The notes under the pieces were generated by a model that made no database searches, was not told where the DNA came from, and saw only the letters and a program-made list of their open reading frames with translations. Below, piece by piece: positions 62,301 to 64,000 of a stretch of DNA of 64,000 bases. The DNA lies in the NCBI GenBank assembly GCA_051294375.1, contig CM119271.1, positions 2,184,677 through 2,248,676 of the forward strand, written 5' to 3'. The stretch comes from Paraspadella gotoi (taxonomy: Eukaryota > Animalia > Chaetognatha). The number at the start of each line of letters is the position of its first letter. Position 1 is the first letter of the stretch. The position numbers were made by a program, and so were the translations under genes.

Positions 62301-64000
62301 CGACGAAGGATGCCTGGTAGTGGCCCGAGAGCCGAGCCGACCTGGCCAACCGCAGCCAGGTCTGTCCGATCTCCTGCTCCACTCGGCGTCGAAGCTCGGG
62401 CGAGGTCGCCTTCCCGCTCACCAAAGAGAAGAGGGCGCGGCGGAATGTGAGGAGACAGTCGTGATGACGGTAGGAAGGTTGGACGAGGTCGAAGCGCGAG
62501 GAGAGATGAGAGAGAGCGGATTCGAGGCTGGAAGAGAGAGATTCGGCGGGTGAATCCCGAGGAAAGATGAATTGGTCCGCGATGAATTCCATCTCGTTGA
62601 GAGCCTGGTGAGAATAGGTTCAATGAAGTACAATCATCTAATTTGCATATTGCGGTAGTGGCCGTTAAAGCTGAGATTCGTTACAAAAAAATTTTAAATA
62701 AATTTTTATAAAAATTTAATTCATTTTTAAATACGGGCTCTTATGCAAAATGATCTTTGTCAAGAGTGGCTCTTAACAACAAAAGAAACAATTTTTCATC
62801 AACTCAAAGGGAAAAACTTCGCAAAATTTTCGTTTTACTTGATTAGGAAAAACTAAATCGACAGGCCAAAATTCCCTAATGCATTCACATTCACAACCCC
62901 TTTCGACACGGTTTACCCTGTTAATTATATAAATTGGAATCTCCGTCCACACTTCATCACCTGCAGCTTCACGACGTGCTGATACCCGCTGTTGTAAGAT
63001 CCCGTTTCCATGGCGGCGACGGAGAGCGGCCCGATCTCAGCCAGGCGCGCCGCCATTAAGTTCGCCTCGAACTCGTCACGGTCCTCCGACTGAAGAGCCG
63101 CGAAAATTTTGCCAAGATTGAACTCGAATTTGGCGGCGACGGGCGCCGCCGTCGCAGCCGCTGCAGAGCCGGAGAGGACGCCGCCGTCGTGTCCTTCCTT
63201 TATCCGCCGACGGTCGACGTCGAGGAAATTAGCCAGGTTGTCCCATTGACCCAACTTCCAGGCGCACTCTATTCGGGTGGCCATAAGATCGGGCTCCCAA
63301 TCGGGGCGTTTGGCGACGAGTCCTTCCACCTAAAGTATGCGGGGGAAGAAGTTCATTCAGGAAACGATTCGCCACGACCACAACCCCCCCCCCTACCTGA
63401 GATAAGACCGAGGACAACTGGCCCATCTTAACGAAGCAGCGGAGGAGGCCGAGTTGAAGGCGGACGTCGAGGGGTTGGGCGGCGATGGCGTCTTCGTAGC
63501 AGACGGAGGCGTCCAGGTGATTCCCTCCGCTCTCGAAGACGTAGATTCGGTCCATGAGAGAGAGCTCGCTTTGGCGGATTTGGTCAAGGCCCTAAATGGA
63601 TTACGGGGAAATTAGTGACGCCACTGAACAATGGCCAATGCGAAAGAAGCTTTTAGCAATATATTCGAGAGTTATTTAATCGCAAACATCGGCAAAAAAA
63701 AACAAAAACCACGACTGAAATCTTAATGTCAACCATGACTTAGCAAATTCCGCTCATCAATTATTTCACCTGAACCCCGTCGGGTTCGTCGAGACTAGAA
63801 TAAATCCTGAGCAGAAATCCAAGGTCCTCGTGCCTCTTGCTCATATTATAGACGGGACCCAACCAGTGGATGTGCTCCTCGAAGTACATCAGCGCCCTCG
63901 TCGGCGAGTTAGACGCCAGTGCTGCTTTGGCAATAAGATCCTGACGGTTGACCCCCCAAAAAAAGTTTAGAACAAAAAAAAAAAAAAACACGGAACGTCA
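59311..64000 (-). CDS. ATR: ATR serine/threonine kinase, 3' part (FAT, PIKK kinase, FATC); 5' end outside the window
   Basis: TRALMYFE...IYSSLDEPDGV; ECAWKLGQWD; FPQLISRICHS; LYIRTYAVIPLSEKAGIVEW; LGDRHGENIL...VHVDFDCLF; FRCACEATLRVMR; LSVEGQV...MYIGWAPYI*. Confidence 0.96.

Overview
Gene-dense eukaryotic window, probably from an invertebrate animal, with GC/CpG-rich exons and short AT-rich GT-AG introns. I could not identify the organism. Twelve consecutive host genes lie on the minus strand. In transcription order they are ATR (3' part), RanBP1, METTL1, TRMT13, OSBP, a two-exon orphan tail-anchored protein, a ClC-3/4/5-type exchanger, an intronless RGS12/loco-like gene, a PTP99A/R5-type receptor phosphatase, an orphan secreted/GPI-like protein, UGGT and an unidentified 5' exon. 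Several stop-to-ATG gaps are only 250-410 nt and contain 3' splice acceptors, which suggests an operon resolved by trans-splicing (inference). The only plus-strand host gene candidate is a small Tyr-rich membrane ORF nested in the last PTP intron. METTL1 intron 1 contains about 12.7 kb of DIRS1-like tyrosine-recombinase retrotransposon sequence (gag, RT/RNase H, methyltransferase-like domain, YR). Its internal complementary region appears to lie upstream of gag rather than next to the right ITR, one copy is inserted precisely into another, and a 107-bp ends-only derivative sits between METTL1 and TRMT13. The DIRS block is noisy and contains two 25-N gaps, so part of its structure is probably an assembly artefact. 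Exon boundaries were read by eye.
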